From Amoebophrya sp. A120 (lineage: Eukaryota > Protista > Dinoflagellata): a stretch of 64,000 nucleotides of DNA. Numbering within the stretch: the stretch's first letter is position 1; every line of letters begins with the position of its first letter. The notes beneath the pieces are model-generated. The model was given only the letters and a program-made list of their open reading frames with translations, was not told the origin of the DNA and did not search any database. Shown here one piece after another: positions 1 through 13,894 of this stretch. The translations under genes were made by a program, and so were the position numbers. Where the stretch lies: the NCBI GenBank assembly GCA_905178155.1, contig CAJINV010000002.1:9988650-10052649 (forward strand), in the 5' to 3' direction.

Positions 1-517
1 TGATGTGCTGTAACAGGAAACAAAAAAAGCAACGAGGGCTACTCAAATAGCGAAATTGTGACTTGTCAGGGCTGACTGACGTCTGGATCATAAGGGGTAA
101 AGAGGTGCGCGTTTTCGGAGGTAGCCATGAAAAAATAGCAGTTCAACAAAAAAAGTGCAAAAATGTGTCTGTTAAACACGTGAAATGGCAAGTGCGAATT
201 CGAATCTGAAGATGATGATGATCATGTGCAAAAAATAACAAATGCTCGCTGAGGCGAGTTTGGATGTCAAAGTGTAAAAATGTGAAAAATACAAACGGTG
301 CAAAAATGTAATGTCAGTGTGACTGTGCGAAGAAAATAATGTGCAAAAAATAACAAATGCTCGCTGAAGACAAGAAATTGAAAGGAAAACTCTAAGAGAA
401 ACTACGCAGTTATCCGCGCGCCTCAAGTACCGGAACGACAAAATAACTGCGGTTCTGACTCCAGGCTTCTCAAAAATCGTTTCGGAAAAAGCTATGATTC
501 ATTTTCTCCAAAACAAC

Positions 518-3500
518 TCAGAAGTCGTACTGATCGTCGGCCTCCGCTTCCGCCATGTCTTGCACGATGTCCCGCGTGCGGAAATCGGTCATGGTGGGTG
601 GCCCCTTGGCCTTGACAGGGTCGAAGTTAGGCTGCTTCGTCCAGAAGCCCGGGCGGTTTTTGCTGCCCGAGGAGGTCTTCAGGGAGAACATGGAGCGCCA
701 GAAGGGGTGGTAGCCGTCCGCCTGTTCCACAACATCGTCGTCCGGGTGGATCTGGATGCGGAAAGCGTCCCGGCGGGTATCTTTATTCCCCGCCGCCATG
801 CGGAGCTGCAGGTTCGGGCTGTAGTCCCGCTCCTCGGTTCGCTTCTTGGCGCCCAGCAGCCTCCGCCGCCGCTCGCGCTCCACGCTGGGCGAGGTGGGGA
901 TCTCCTTGGCGCTGCTGTAGCCGCTGCTGGGCTGGTCCATGCTGCGGGCGATGCGGAGCGGGGACCGGCGGCCGGACTGCAGGTAATTCGGCTCGTTCGC
1001 AAAGTTGGGCGCCATCTCGCGCAGCGACCCCCGCTTCGGGATCGCCGGATACAGCTCGATTTCCGGCTTCGCACGACCGTCGACGGACCGCGAGGCGGTT
1101 TTGTCGCTCTTGCTGCTCGACAAAGTCGTGTTCGCGATCGAACCAATGCCGGTCGGATCCACGTGCACCAGGTCCCGGCGACCGCGGCCGTCGGACAGCG
1201 GCAGGATTCCGCCCCACGCGGGGTTCACCAAATTGGTTTTGTTTCCCGAGTTTTTCAGCCGCGCCTGCTCCCGCAGCTCGCGCTCGTGGTTGCGCATCTG
1301 GATGTGCTCCGTGAAGTTCCGCCGCACCGGCGACAGGTCCAGCCGCACTCCCGCCTGGTTCAGAGTGAAGTACTCCTTCGGCTCGCCGCCCCGCGTGCGC
1401 ACGCGCTTCTGCTCCGCGTGCTGCGTCAGAATCGCCTTGCCGCGCCGCTCCCAGTAGTACTGCTCGTACTCATTCACTTCGTCGTCCGTTTCCCCTAAAT
1501 CGATCTCGACCCGCCCTGTGTAGAAGTTCCTACCTGTCCCGCCAAGAAAGCGGTCGCTGCGCATCGTCGTGTTTGGAGAATTTGAATCTGAGCGCATAAA
1601 ATTGTTCTCCTGAGCAGGTCCTCTTCCTCCTCCACCTCCCGCCGCGGACTGGAACTCTCGATCCACCTGCGAGACGCCCGCGAAGAACTTCCCTTCATCC
1701 ATGGACGACCGGTCCCCGTCGGGGCTGGGACTGCGGTCCGTGAAGGACACCTCCGGGTCGCTGTGGTGGAATCTGCTGCGGAACTCGTCGTGGTGGTCCT
1801 CTTGGGAAAACGTCGAGTACAGATTGCTGTAGAACGACTGCTCGAAGCTGTTGTCAAAGTCGCTCGGGTCGCGCCGGCGGTCGGAGGAGAACTCGCCCTT
1901 GTCCACGTCGAAGAAGCCCTGTTGCGTCCGGATGAAGTCCGCATCGAACAGGGTCTTCTCCCTGCCGTGCTTCTTGTAGCGGTGCTTGCGCGTCTGGAAA
2001 TCCACGTTCAGGATGGAGTTCAGCTCGGTGTTCCCGGTCTTCTTCAGCGTGACCAGCTTGCGCTTGCGCAGCTTCTCCTTCGCCTCCTGCTCGTTTAAGT
2101 GCTTGGTGCCGGCGAAGGCCTCCTTGAACACGTCAGCGTAGCAGTCCACGATCGCGGGGTGGTGCAGCGTGTCCGAGTACCGCACCCCGGAAACGAAGAT
2201 CTTCGGCCTGAGTGGCGCCACCGCGGGGCGCTCCGGGAAGATGTCGGACGGGATCTGGTCCTCATCGGAGTCTAGCTCCGAACCGTTCTTCTTGTCTTCG
2301 GTTTTTTCCTTGCTGTCCCCCGCTTCGCTCGCACTGCTCGCGTCGCCCTCGTCCGTGCGCTTCATGAGCTTGCGCCGCTCCTGCTTGTGCTTGCGGACCG
2401 CCTCCTGGTGCTTGCGCCGGTTTCGCGGCGACTTGAACAGGTTCGGTTCAAGCAGTTTCTTCGATTTGATCTTGTTCAAATTTCCCTTCTCCACCTCGGC
2501 GTCCCGGAGCTTCTTCTTGTGGGAGGCCAGCGCCAGCTCCGCGATTGATTTCGCCTTTTTCAACTTCTTCTCTGGGGCATTGGTCGCATCTCCCTCCTCC
2601 GCGATCGCATCTGGGTTTTGTTCTAACCCGCTCTTACTGGTTTTTTTCTTGCCCGCTCTATTCGGTAGGCTGGAAACCGACGAGCTGCGGCTTGTCGCTT
2701 TGGACGACTCGCGGTCCGTCTTCGTGTCGGGAGAGGCGTTGCTGGACAACTCTGACCTGGTCCGCTCGCGCGCCTGCTGCTCCGCCAGCTGCTTCTTTCG
2801 ATTCCGCCGGGCGGCCATCAGCGACCCGCGCCCCAGCTGGTTGCCCAGCGACTGCCCGAGGAAGAGGCCGCCGAGCGCCGCGGCCTTGATGGCCTCCTCG
2901 CGGTCGAAGGGCTCCAGCTGCAGGCGGACGAACAGTGTGGGTGCGTGCAATGACTCTTCCTCAAACACCTTCTTCTTCTCCACCATGCGACTGCTGGTCT
3001 TCAGACTGAGTCCGCCGTCGTAATGCCGCTTCGCGAAGTACTCCAGCTTCATCTTTGTTTTGCCGATCAGCGCCTTGGTGAGCCGCTCCTTCTTGGTTTG
3101 GAACACCGCGTCCGCGTCGTAGATCTCGAACCGCAGCAGGTTCTGCAGCATCTCGTCGCTGGCCGGGACTTTTGTCTCGAACTTCTGGTCCCAGATCGGG
3201 TCCTGCCGGTTGTTCGTCACGATTTTCGTCTCGAACACCTGGTCCCGGAACAGCACACGCACGAACGGGTCCGCGGTGCCGATGAAATTTTCCGGATAGA
3301 TGTTCTGGGCGCGCTTCACCTCGATGGTCAGCAGCAAATCGATCGGGATCGGCTTCCGCTTGGTTTCCGGCGCCTCGTAGACCGAAGGGAGGATCTTGTG
3401 CCAGGCAGACTGCTCCGCCACCCCGTCCTTCGGGAGCTTGAGCGCGTTCTTCTTGGACAGCGGCAGCGAGATTCGCACCTGCTCCCCGCCAACGTTGAAA

Positions 3501-6500
3501 AACTCGTCCAGGTCGGCCTCAGCGACCTTCTCCAGTGCGGGTGGCACTGCGATGTTCGTCAGGTGCAGAAACGGCACCCCGCAGATGATCGCGGCGTCCT
3601 CGGGCGTCATGCGGGGAATCCCCGGGAGCCACGTGGCAGCGAAGTTCGCTTTCATCGTTTCCGAATCGAGGAGCCCAGAATTATGGCCGCTAGAAGTACT
3701 CCCCGCGGCGACTATACTAGTAGTTGCACTCGTCGCTCGGGCGGATGATGTCTTATTTCTGGCCGCTGCTAGTGCGGCGCTCTGGAACATCTCGCGCGCC
3801 AGCCGCGGCAAGAGCGCCAGCGCAGCAGATTGGTTTTGTTGCCACCAATTTCTGCGAACTTGGCTTGGAAGCAACACCGGGGGCAGCTGCTGCCCCACGA
3901 TGATTCTCCGCGACGCAAACAGCGTGGGCTGGAAGAACGGCGGCAGCTGCACCTCCTCCGCCGCCAGCTGCTTCGCAATCGCAAGAGTAGTGGAATCGAG
4001 GTTCAACAGCGTCGCGTTCTGGTTGCGCAAATACGTCGCCACGATCAACTCGGAGTTCTCCGGCGGCGCGTCCTGGCCGGGCTGCAGATGCACGGAGCTA
4101 TCCTTGCTTTGCGTGCGCTCCTTGCTGAGCTGCCGCAGCTTCGCCATACTGGCCGCCTCTTTGTCCCGCCGGATCTTTTCCTTCTTCGCGCAGTCTTTTC
4201 CGAACACCCAGATGAGTTGCTGGTAGCGCTTCTCGGAGTTCAGCTTTTCCGACTTTTTTCCGACCACCGGCTGCTCGACGTCCAAAATTTCCAGAAATAG
4301 CGTGCCCGCGTTGGCACCGTCGCGCCGCTGCAGCTGCAGCGGCTGCGACACCGTGCCCGACTCCACCTGGAACTTGCGCAACTCAGACCCGGACACGAGC
4401 GGCACCTGCTCCACACCTGCCCGCTGGTTCATCTGATCCTGCGCGGTGGGTTCTTTCTCCTCCTTGTCGTAAATCTCGAAGTGCACCACGGGGATGATCT
4501 TCTTCTCCTCCTCCGCCTGCTCCGGACTCAAGTTCGAGTTCGTGTTGCTGTTCGTGCTGCCCTGCGTTTTTGCCACGGCGAGCTGCTCGTAGAACCGCGG
4601 GTCCCAGGGCACCGCGCACTGGTACTCCCACAGCGGGTACCGCGTGTTTTTCACGGACTGCGACCGCGTGCTGAAGGAGCTGCCCACGTTGATCTTGATC
4701 CACGGGTTGCACTTGTCCAGCGCCGCGAAGTCCGGCTCGTAGATCTCGTCCGCACGCTCCACGAACAGCTGCAGCTTGCCGATGGGCACAATGCTGATGT
4801 TCAGCGAGCCGCAGTCCGCCAGAATCCGCGCGGACGGGTCGGCCTTCTTCGGGTCCGGGGGGAACTTCTTCCACAGCTTCAGGTTGCCGTCGAACCCGGC
4901 GTGGAAGAAGCCCCGGTGCAAAATCGCCTCGCCGATCAGCTCCGAGTTGGACCAGTCCCGGTCGAACACCTGGAAGCGGAAGTACTTCTGCGAGTCCTGC
5001 AGCAGTGTCGAGAACGAGGTGACGTTGGGGTCAAACAGAATCTCGTTCGCCGCCGAGGGGTTGCGCGTGAACTGGTCGCTCGTGAACAGCAGCGTGTCCG
5101 GGTCCACCTTGCCCTGCCGCTTGAAGCTGGGGAGCGTGGCCTCGCCGGTGGTGGACGACACCTGCTTCTTCTGGCCCACGTTCGCGGAGATCGACCAGGC
5201 GGCGTGGCCCACCTGGAAGTTGCCGCTGCCCACGTAGATCTTCACCACCGGATCGTCGATTCTGTGCTTGCCCATCAGCGGCCAGGACTCCTCGTTCAAG
5301 TCCTGGCCAGACTTGACGGTGACGCGGAACCCGGTGAGCTCCGGGAAGAAGTCCTCGGAGAACGTGTTGGTCGGCAGCAGTCTTTCCGGCAAGCCCCCGA
5401 ACGCGGCGGTGGCCGCCGTGTCGTCGAACCCGAGATGCTGCTGCGCCTCGTAGACCTTCTCCGCCTCCAACTTCTGCTTGCGCCGCATCCGCTCCGCGTG
5501 CTGCTTCTCGAGCGCGATCCGGTGCTCCTCCTTCTTGCGGACCGACACGCGCCGCAGCTTCTCGCCCAGGAAGTCGAAGAACCCCACATCGGAAAACGCC
5601 TTGGACTGCGGGTAGTACCGCGCCGGGGCGGAGTCCGAGCGGCCGGGGAACCGCTCGAACCGCACGTCCGGGTTGCGCCCCCGCTGGAACCCGTCCGGCT
5701 TCTGCAGAATGAACTCGCAGGCCGCGCGCTGCTTGCCGGCCAGCTTGCCCAGGCGGTCCACCCCGCCCTTCTTCGCCGCGGCCTTGGCGAGCCCCAGAAT
5801 GGAGGACCCCAGTCGGGCCTTCTTCGGAAGCTCCGTCGTGGCCACCCACTTCAGCGCGGCGAGCGGCGGAATGATTTTGATCTCCGGAATTTGGTGTTCC
5901 GGCCGCGTGCTGGATGAGACCACCGATAGCTCGGTGCTCGGGTTCATCGTCGCGTTCTGATGATCTATGGGCTGGTCTTTCGCAACTACTGCCGCAGGAC
6001 CGCTGGGCACTTGTGCACCACCACTACCGCCGTTGAGCCGGACGATTAGCGATCCGACAAACCCCGGTGATGCTGCATTCGCCTTCATCTCCGCGCCGTC
6101 ATCTGCAAGAACCTCGTCCTCCGGGCTTGCCAAATCCTGGTTTAGTCCCTGCAACTTCAATTCAATCGGTTCATCTATTCCGTTTGTCTGCAAAGCCGAG
6201 TCCAGGTCGATGACAGCTTCGCCGAGGATGGTGCTCTGCTTTCTCTCTTCCTCCTTCTTCACGTAAAACGCTACTCGCGTCGTTGTAGAGCGTTTTGTTG
6301 TACTGCTCGTTCCAGTGATCATACCAAACCGGTCCGACGCTGTGTTGGTAAGAGCAGCATCGTCCTCAACACTATTGCCCTCTTTGTACAGAAGCGAGCC
6401 GTTCCAATCGAACCGGATGGTCTGGTTTGTCTCCTCAACTGGTTCCCCGACGATCACACGCGCCAAATCTTGCGACGACGTTCGCGTGCGCGTTGCGCTC

Positions 6501-9500
6501 TCCTGCTGCAGAATCTCCATCTGGACGAAGCAGCCCGGGAGCTCTTCCTCGTAGCTCTTTTGCATCAGGTCCGAGTTTGCGTTCAGAGAAACTGTTTCGA
6601 TGCTCAGGTTGAGCAACTTCCGCGGCGTCACGGTGATATTCAACGCTCGTTTCATCCTCTTTTCGTTCAAAGTTGCATTGGTCTTCGAGAACTGCTCCAA
6701 CCCAAACCCCAACTTTGACTCCAACGCGTAAGGGGGCTGCTTCGCCTCCTCCGGGTTCGTCAGCGTCAGGTTTTTTGACGTTGATGAACCCAAGCCAAGA
6801 ACGCTGCTGCTTGCACTAACATTCGATGTTGAAATGAGCTGGTCCAGCTCTTGCACACTCATCCTCGCCTCGCCTAAAAGCAAGGGCTCGTTTGTCTTCT
6901 CGTCGCGGTAGTAATCGTCGAAAACTTGAAACAGGATTTCTTCCAGCTCTTCCTTTTCTGCGGGCTTCGGAAACAGCAGTTCTTGCTCCCACTTGATCAG
7001 ATCGTTCGCCCGGTCCACCATTCTCGCGTTCGCGGCACTCGGACGGAAACTGTTGGTGGTCGTATTGGAACGGGCAACACTGCTTTGGCTTCGACTGCTG
7101 TACGCGAGCAAGTTCTTTACCGAAGGTATGACGTTGGTCTGAAACGACTCGAACATCTCTACATCCGTGCGCCCAAAGCTCTTCAGGCTCTCCTTCGATC
7201 TCGACCGCCTCTGCTTCCCTACGGCAGCCGCGTGCTTGTCCGCGGACTTGAAGGACTCGGCCGTCTTTTCCGCAAATTTCACGTGCAGCTCCTCAGGCTC
7301 TTCCTCCTTCAGCTTCTTCAAAATCGTCACCCGCACAAAGGGGTGCAGGTCCATGTCCGGCGTCATCGGTTTCAGGAAGTTGCTAGCGTGGTTGATCTGG
7401 ATGGACAGCCCGACATTCTGGACGCTGGTGGAAGTTGTAGAGCTTTGTTCCTGGTGCACTTGCTCAATTGTTGTTCCAGTCGCACTGCTGTCAACAGCGG
7501 GAACAGCAGCTTCCACAGGACCAGACACGACTCCCTCCTCCGCTTCTGTTGCGCTAATTTCCGGGATGACTTCCTCGCTTCTCAAGGCCCGCTCCATCTT
7601 CTCCATCTGTAGCTGCGCGGAGACGAGCCGCTCCAATCTTGTCGACACCCGACACAGCTGCTTCGTGTCCTCCCGCAACTGCCGCTCTTGCAGCCTTGTC
7701 GCAGAAGTAGAAACACCAGAATGACCCAACGACTTTTCCTCCTCCACCGCTGCGTCTGTCGCCAAACCGTTTCCGAAGATCGACCGTGCGCCCTCACCGC
7801 GCGGCGAAAGGTGGTTGGTCTGCAGGGCCCAGTGCTTTTCCAGGAACGACCGCTGGGCGTGCACCACGTGCGCCACCCACTTCTGCGCGCCCCCGAGCTT
7901 CACCTTCTCCACGAACAGCCGCTGCTTGTGCTCGTCCCACGCGTAGCGCTTCTGCGCCACCGAAGCGCCGCCGGCCTCGTCCACGACCTGCGCAGACAGG
8001 TCCCCGGTGAGCAGGAAGGGTTTGTTCCGCAAAACCGACACCACCGTGCTGGTGACCACGTCCGTGACCACGGGCGCCGGGTCCGTGTCAATGTGGTTCA
8101 ACAGTCCCTTCAACCGGGCCTCCGAGCACACGTGGCCGTAGTGGTGGTAGCTGTGGTGCGAGATCGGGGGGAGCCGGTAGTCCTTGCACAGCACGATGTT
8201 GGTATCGTCCTCTTTTGGGTCCTATCAAATGCAAAAATGTCTGGGTCTGGAAGGTTGGAACTTGTGATGCTAACTTTGAACTCTAAAAAAATCTGCATTG
8301 CATGACCAGCAAGAGGAGTCTAGTTTGTGCTACGCGGGGAGGGCGTTTGTCATGCGGAGTAGGCATCAGGAAGCCTGCTAAAAATCTGTGATGCTAGGTC
8401 GTGCATTACAGACATCCTGGGTCAAGTCTCAGAATCTTCCAGACCCAGACATTTTTACATCTGATAGGTCCTCCGGGGTCCACAGCTTGTACCTCGCGAC
8501 CGCAATCGGATCGTTCCAGTCGATGTCGATCTCGAAATTCCGGTACATCGTGGAGGAAAACAGACTGTTCGTGTTCTCCAGGGACGACACGTGCGTGGGC
8601 GGGTACTTGTACTTCGCCTCCTTGTCCTCGCGCGTGTAGAAGATCGACCCCTGGTCATCGGAGGAGGAGGAAGAGGAGGAATTCGTTCCCCCGAGACTGG
8701 TCCCTTGTCCTCTTTTTCTCTTTTCTTTCAGAAGTTGCTTCTGCTTTAATCGCTCCTTCCTCGGGACCAATCGTGAAATTTTCCAGGCGATGCTCTCCTG
8801 CACTGGCGTGTCCTCCACTTTCGCTAGGTCGCAGTAGTGCACGATGGAATTGTAGTCCTTGGCCACCTGGAAGTCCAGCCCCCGGATCCAGATGGCCTTG
8901 TGCCGCTCCTGGAACCGGATCGGCTGCGTGCGACTGGCGTTGATCAGTGGGTGCAAGAGCAGTGGGGAGTGGACCTTGGGGTTCTTCGGGATGAATTCGT
9001 TCAAAATGTTCGCGGTTTTATCTCCGAACGCCTCGGCAATCCGCTTGTCCTCGGCGGACATCTTTTTCTTGCGCTTCAGTTGGTTTTCGTACCGCTTCTT
9101 CTCGATCTTCTCCTCGTACTCGTGCTTAAAGAGGAACTTCATGCGGTCCTTGAACCGCCTGACATTCCCCTCCGAGTTTTTCTGCCAGGGGTACACCCCA
9201 CGGGGTCCGATGATGGCGTTGGTCTCCATACGGCCGCCACCGGACACGGAGTGCGCCTTGCGCCGCAGCCGCTTCTCCCGCTGCACGTAATGCGCGATGC
9301 GCTCGCGCGAAAAGGGCTTCTTACCGGTAGCGGAAATGATCGTGATTTTCGGCGCCGCGGAATTCTTGCCGGGCGTAGCAGTTGCTCGTACACCACCAAC
9401 GGGCACCGAGGCCGTCAGCGGACTGACGCGATTCTGATTATTCCTCGCCAGCTGCTGCTGTGAAGGTTGTTGTTGATTACTAGACCCAGTAGTTCCACTG

Positions 9501-9796
9501 CTGCCCACGCCAGGTGGGCCGGCAGCTGGTCTGTCTACGTCTATTTCGATCACCTCCTTGCCCCCGTCCAGGTTCACAGTCGGGTTCGAATCAACCTCGG
9601 CGTGGCTGCCCTCCTTTTCGGCCGCCTCGGCCACGTTGTACTCCTTGACCAGCTCGGCGGTGCCGAGCGTCTCCTCGTCCAACGGTGGTAACTCGGCGGA
9701 CACGTCGGTGAGTGGCGGGGCGGCATTCGCCTTCTCCGCCGACGCGGCCTCTGCTGCTAGTCTGGCCCTCTCCTGCTCTGCTTGCATCAGCTTCAT
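518..9796 (-). CDS. Large multi-C2-domain protein (about 3000 aa); possibly the C-terminal part of a longer gene starting at 13894
   Basis: ORFs 8429..9802 and 518..8194 join in frame (LWTPED-PKEDDTNIVLCKDY) after removing element 8223-8466 plus one GGTCC. Several C2-like motifs, e.g. LQLFVERADEIYEPDFAALDKCNPWIKINVG and LTIEVKRAQNIYPENFIGTADPFVRVLFRDQVFETKIV. Confidence 0.8.
8223..8466. mobile_element. Family A TIR introner/MITE, 244 bp, TSD GGTCC
   Basis: TIR TATCAAATGCAAAAATGTCTGGGTCTGGAAG / CTTCCAGACCCAGACATTTTTACATCTGATA. GGTCC at 8218-8222 and 8467-8471. Confidence 0.95.
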
Positions 9797-9952
9797 GGCC
9801 AACTTGGAACCTGTGAGTGTTGAGAAAGAATTTTTTTCAGTTGTGACCTCTGGATGAATTTTGCTAGTTTTGTTTCATGCAACGGACGGCAATGCTCAGT
9901 CTGAAACGTTCGACAAAAAACACAAAGCTCAAATGCACAGTGTAAAATCACA

Positions 9953-12900
9953 TTATAAAGTACTTTTGTCTTTCAAATGCGGCGCCAGTGCCTTCTGCGC
10001 GATGACGGCCTCCATCTCCATTGTGTATTGCGCGTCGAGCTCGACTTCCGTGGCGATGACTCCCTTGTTCTTCAGCTTTTCCTTCTTTGATTTCGCGGAC
10101 TTGGTCTCCACGAGCGGCTTTAAATGCAGCGTACCGGCCTCATCCCGTAACGGGTCCCAGCCCATGGCGTGGAAGAAACTCCGCTTCTTGTAAAGATGCG
10201 ACCGGACCTTCTGCGTCACCTGATGCCTCTTCCGGTACGCGCGGATGATGCGGTGGGGCTGTCGCTCCATGATACGGTCCTCCTCATCCAGCGCTTTCCG
10301 CACGTAGTACTTCGTGACGAAGGGCGTCAGCATGTTCCGCTGCTTCGACATGTCGTCCGGCACGGAGAGCGTCCGCTCCATCTTGTTCACCCACCCGAAG
10401 CCCCTCTCAATCTCGTGCGCCGTCACCGCCTTCTTCACGTCTTTCAACACCTTCTTCCCCCGTTGCGACAGCGCGTAGTGCAGATGCCGGCGGTCCCCTT
10501 CCGTCTTGCTCCCGTCCTCGTCGTCCGCACGCATTCCGGAGATGCGGCCGTCGGACCGCTTCAGCAGATTGCTCATCAAAATCCCCGCTTTTCGGACGGA
10601 CAACACCTGGTTGGGGTGCGGCTCCAGCCCGATTTCCTGCTCGGCCAGCATCGCGGAGCTGCTCCGCCGGGTCAGCAGGCGCCGCCGGTCCAGTTTCGAG
10701 TCCTTCTTCGTCAGCAGGCGGCCCGCCTTCTTTTTCTTCTTCTCGATCTTCCCGCGGTCCTCATCCACCTCCCCACCGTCCTCCTCGCGCACCAACGGCT
10801 GGGGGTCGTAGCCCCGCCACTTATTGCCGTCGAAGAAGAAGTTTTTCAGAATCAGCAGCTTCGCCGCGAAGATCTCCTTCGTTTTCTCGAGCTCCGCCTC
10901 GCGCTTCAGCCGGATCGCCTCTTTGCGCTCGAATTCCGCGTACTCAATGTTCGCTTCCAGCACCTCGCGGTCCTTGATAAATTTCCGGACCGCCTCCTCC
11001 TTCGACAAACCGCCCTGTTCCGCGGCGCGCTCCTCGGTCGATCCGGCCTTCCGCTTCGCCAACATGATGTCCGGATTGAAGGGAATCAGCTTCGCATGTT
11101 TGAACACTGGTTGAAACGCCGATATGCCGCTGCTCTTGCCCTCGCCGTCCCGCGCGTCGCCGCCGAATAACAAGGCCTGCAGCTCCCCGGACCGGCAGGA
11201 CGAGTAGATCTGGTACGCGATTAGCACGCCGAGGAAGGCGCCGCCACCGAGCATGAAACTCGACGTGCCCCCCTCCTCCCCGGCGTCCGCTTTGCCGGTG
11301 ACGCGAAACTGCGGGTCGCTCGTCGCCCACTCGTAGGGGACGCCGCGCAGCTCGTACACCGCCACGACGTCCCCCTGGTCCGTCTTGTCCTTCAGCCGGA
11401 AGCCCTGGGACTTTTGGTATAGCAAGCAGTTCATGCTGGTCACCTGCCGCAACTCCGTCTCCACGCTGCCCGGCGCCACCGGCACGGTGGTGAACGACTG
11501 GTACTCGAAGCCCTCGGGCCGCTCGCGGAAGTAGCTGAGTCCGTGGTCGATCGCGGCTTTGCGGCAGTCCTGGTAGGACGACGCGTCCACGACGAGGATC
11601 TCCTTGTAGCGGTCCACCAACATATCGTCGTTCCGGAAAAACTTAGTGTCGTTGCAATTCGAAATGTCGAAGGTGATCGTCAAATCCTCCGGGTTGCACG
11701 TCATGAACAGGTCCCCGTCGAAGTCCGGGTGCACGTCCTGGCACTTCAGCGAGTCGTCGGAGATCGACTCGTGGGGCACCAAAAAGGGGCGCACCGTGGT
11801 CGCGTTGCGCAGAATCGGGTTCCCGTCCAGGTTGATCATCGACTGCTGTGGCGCCATATCAAATGTAAAAATGTCTGGGTCTGGAAGAATGCAACTTGTG
11901 ATGCTGCATTTGGATTCCAAAAAAATCTGTGTTGCATGAGTACCAAAGGGAATGCAATTTTTGCCACGCTGAGAAGGCATTTGTCATGCGGAAAAGGCAT
12001 CGCGAAGCTCTCAAAAAATATGTGATGCTAGGGCATGCATCACAGACATCAGGACTCATGCAAAAAGTGCATGGCAAGTGTCAGAATCTTCCAGGAGACC
12101 CAGACATTTTTACAGTTGATATGCCAGCTGGTCGCCGCGGACCAGGGTCCGGCACACCTCGGGCACCGGGTTCACCACCATTGGCGAACAGTAGTCGAAC
12201 CGCAACAGCGGGTCCACCGTGAAGCACCAAATGCTGTTACTGCCGCCCTTGTCCGCCTGCCCCTGGTTGCGTCCGTCCGGGTTGCGGCAGTAGTTCTGGT
12301 CCAAGGGCAAGTCCACCAGCAGCCCCCCGGGGTAAAACACGTCCGGGTTGTAGTTGGTGACGCCGAAATCGGACGGGGCGTTCGGCGACCGCGTGGTCAC
12401 GCCAAACGTTTCGGGCGCCTTCGTGGTCGACGCGTCGATGGCATTCTGTCGGTTGATCAACTCCTGCTGGACGTAGGGATTCTCCTCGTTGAACCCCCGG
12501 TCATCCAACAACGGCGTCGTCGCGTCCGCGGTCAGTGTGGAGAAGGGGTGTAGGTGCGGGATGATCTCCTCCCAGGTCTGACACCGGAGCCCGGTCGTGG
12601 TGGTGTACGCACACCCCACGTAGTTGTCGTACGTGAACTCCTCATTGCACTGCCGCGTGCTCCACAATTTGTTCAAAAACACGAACCCGTGCGTCTCGTT
12701 GTACTCCAGCAAGTTCGGCATGCGGTTGAACCGCAAATTGTGCCGCAGTGCGATGTTCACATCCACCAACGCGTGCATCGTGCGGTTGTTCAGATCTCGT
12801 AAAAACTTTTGCTCCTCCGCTGCGGACCCGAACGGGCTGGGCAAGTACAGCATTGCGCGGGTTCGGTTGTACTCGCAGGAGGAGATCTGCAGCCCGTACG

Positions 12901-13894
12901 TCTGGTTCGGCAACTGCAGTGCGTACTGCAGGGAATGGCGCATCTCGGTTACTAAGTCAATGTCCATGGGCAGAACCAGCCCGCCGTTCCCGCGCATGCC
13001 CGGGTAGTGCTCGTACCCGTTGCAGATCGGCCAGGTTTCGAAGTCCGCCGTCAAGACCTGGAAGTACCGCTGCGCCTGGGTCCGTTCGGGGCTGTACAGA
13101 ATGTCCAGATTCACGCCGGAGAACCACCAGGAGGTGAGACTGGCCGACAATCTCTTCGCCGGCCAGGAGATGTCGCTGGTCGAGGCCAGGAGCTGCAGGT
13201 TGACCTGCTGCGCGGCGGTCACGCAGCCCGCCGCCTGCATGGAGGGGGACAGAAGCTGTCCGTTGATGCAGGTCGCCTTCAGCGGCGGCGCGGGGAAGGG
13301 CACGTACCCCGCCTGTGTGTTGCACGTCAGGGTGCAGGACCCGCCCTCGGCGATGGAAAAGCCCTCCTGACAGGGCCGCGCGTAGTAGTACTTGCTGTCG
13401 TCCGGCGCGGCGATCTCGCAGTGCTTCACGTTGGTCCCGTCGGCATTGAAGGTCTTGCGGTAGCACTCCGTGTTGAACTGCCCGTTCGGGATCTCCGGTC
13501 TCGACGCCGGGTCGATGTAGTACGTCCATGGCGGCACGGGGAGTAACACCGAGTCGTCCAGTTTCGGCCCGTAGATTTCGCAATCCGAGTACAGCAGCCG
13601 CTGGTGCCCGAACCCGGAGCACCGCTCCTCCTGGATACACAAGCTGGCGCATTCGCTCTCGGACGCGACGGTCTTCTTCCGCCGCTCTAAATTTAGGTCG
13701 CTGTTGGTGCACCAGCCCTGGCCCAGCAGCTCGAACGCATTGTAATAGTTGATGTTGTCCACGCGCTTTCCACGAAATTTCGGGTCCCAGGCCGCAACCC
13801 TGAAAATAAGCGTGTCCGGGTGCAATACGAACAGGATGAGCAGAGGCACAATGCCAACACGATTGGTCGTGCGATTGCTGCGCGTTTGCCTCAT
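9953..13894 (-). CDS. Type I membrane protein: signal peptide, PAN/apple-like domain, kringle, TM helix, cytoplasmic tail
   Basis: ORFs 12110..13903 and 9953..11980 join (RGDQLA-PQQSM) after removing element 11857-12121 plus 5 bp. PAN-like ECASLCIQEERCSGF; kringle YVGCAYTTTTGLRCQTW...NYCRNPDG...WCFTVDPLLRFDYC; TM FMLGGGAFLGVLIAYQIY. Confidence 0.8.
11857..12121. mobile_element. Family A introner, 265 bp, TSD CGCCA/TGCCA
   Basis: Family A TIRs. Flanks 11852-11856 and 12122-12126 differ by one base. Confidence 0.93.

Noticed and set aside
224-367. 29-bp direct repeat ATGTGCAAAAAATAACAAATGCTCGCTGA at 224-252 and 339-367
   Set aside because: Likely a simple local duplication in 3' flanking DNA; no element structure between the copies.
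494-13752. Long plus-strand ORFs (e.g. 494..1498, 4481..5917, 10169..11170)
   Set aside because: Antisense shadows of GC3-rich minus-strand coding sequence.
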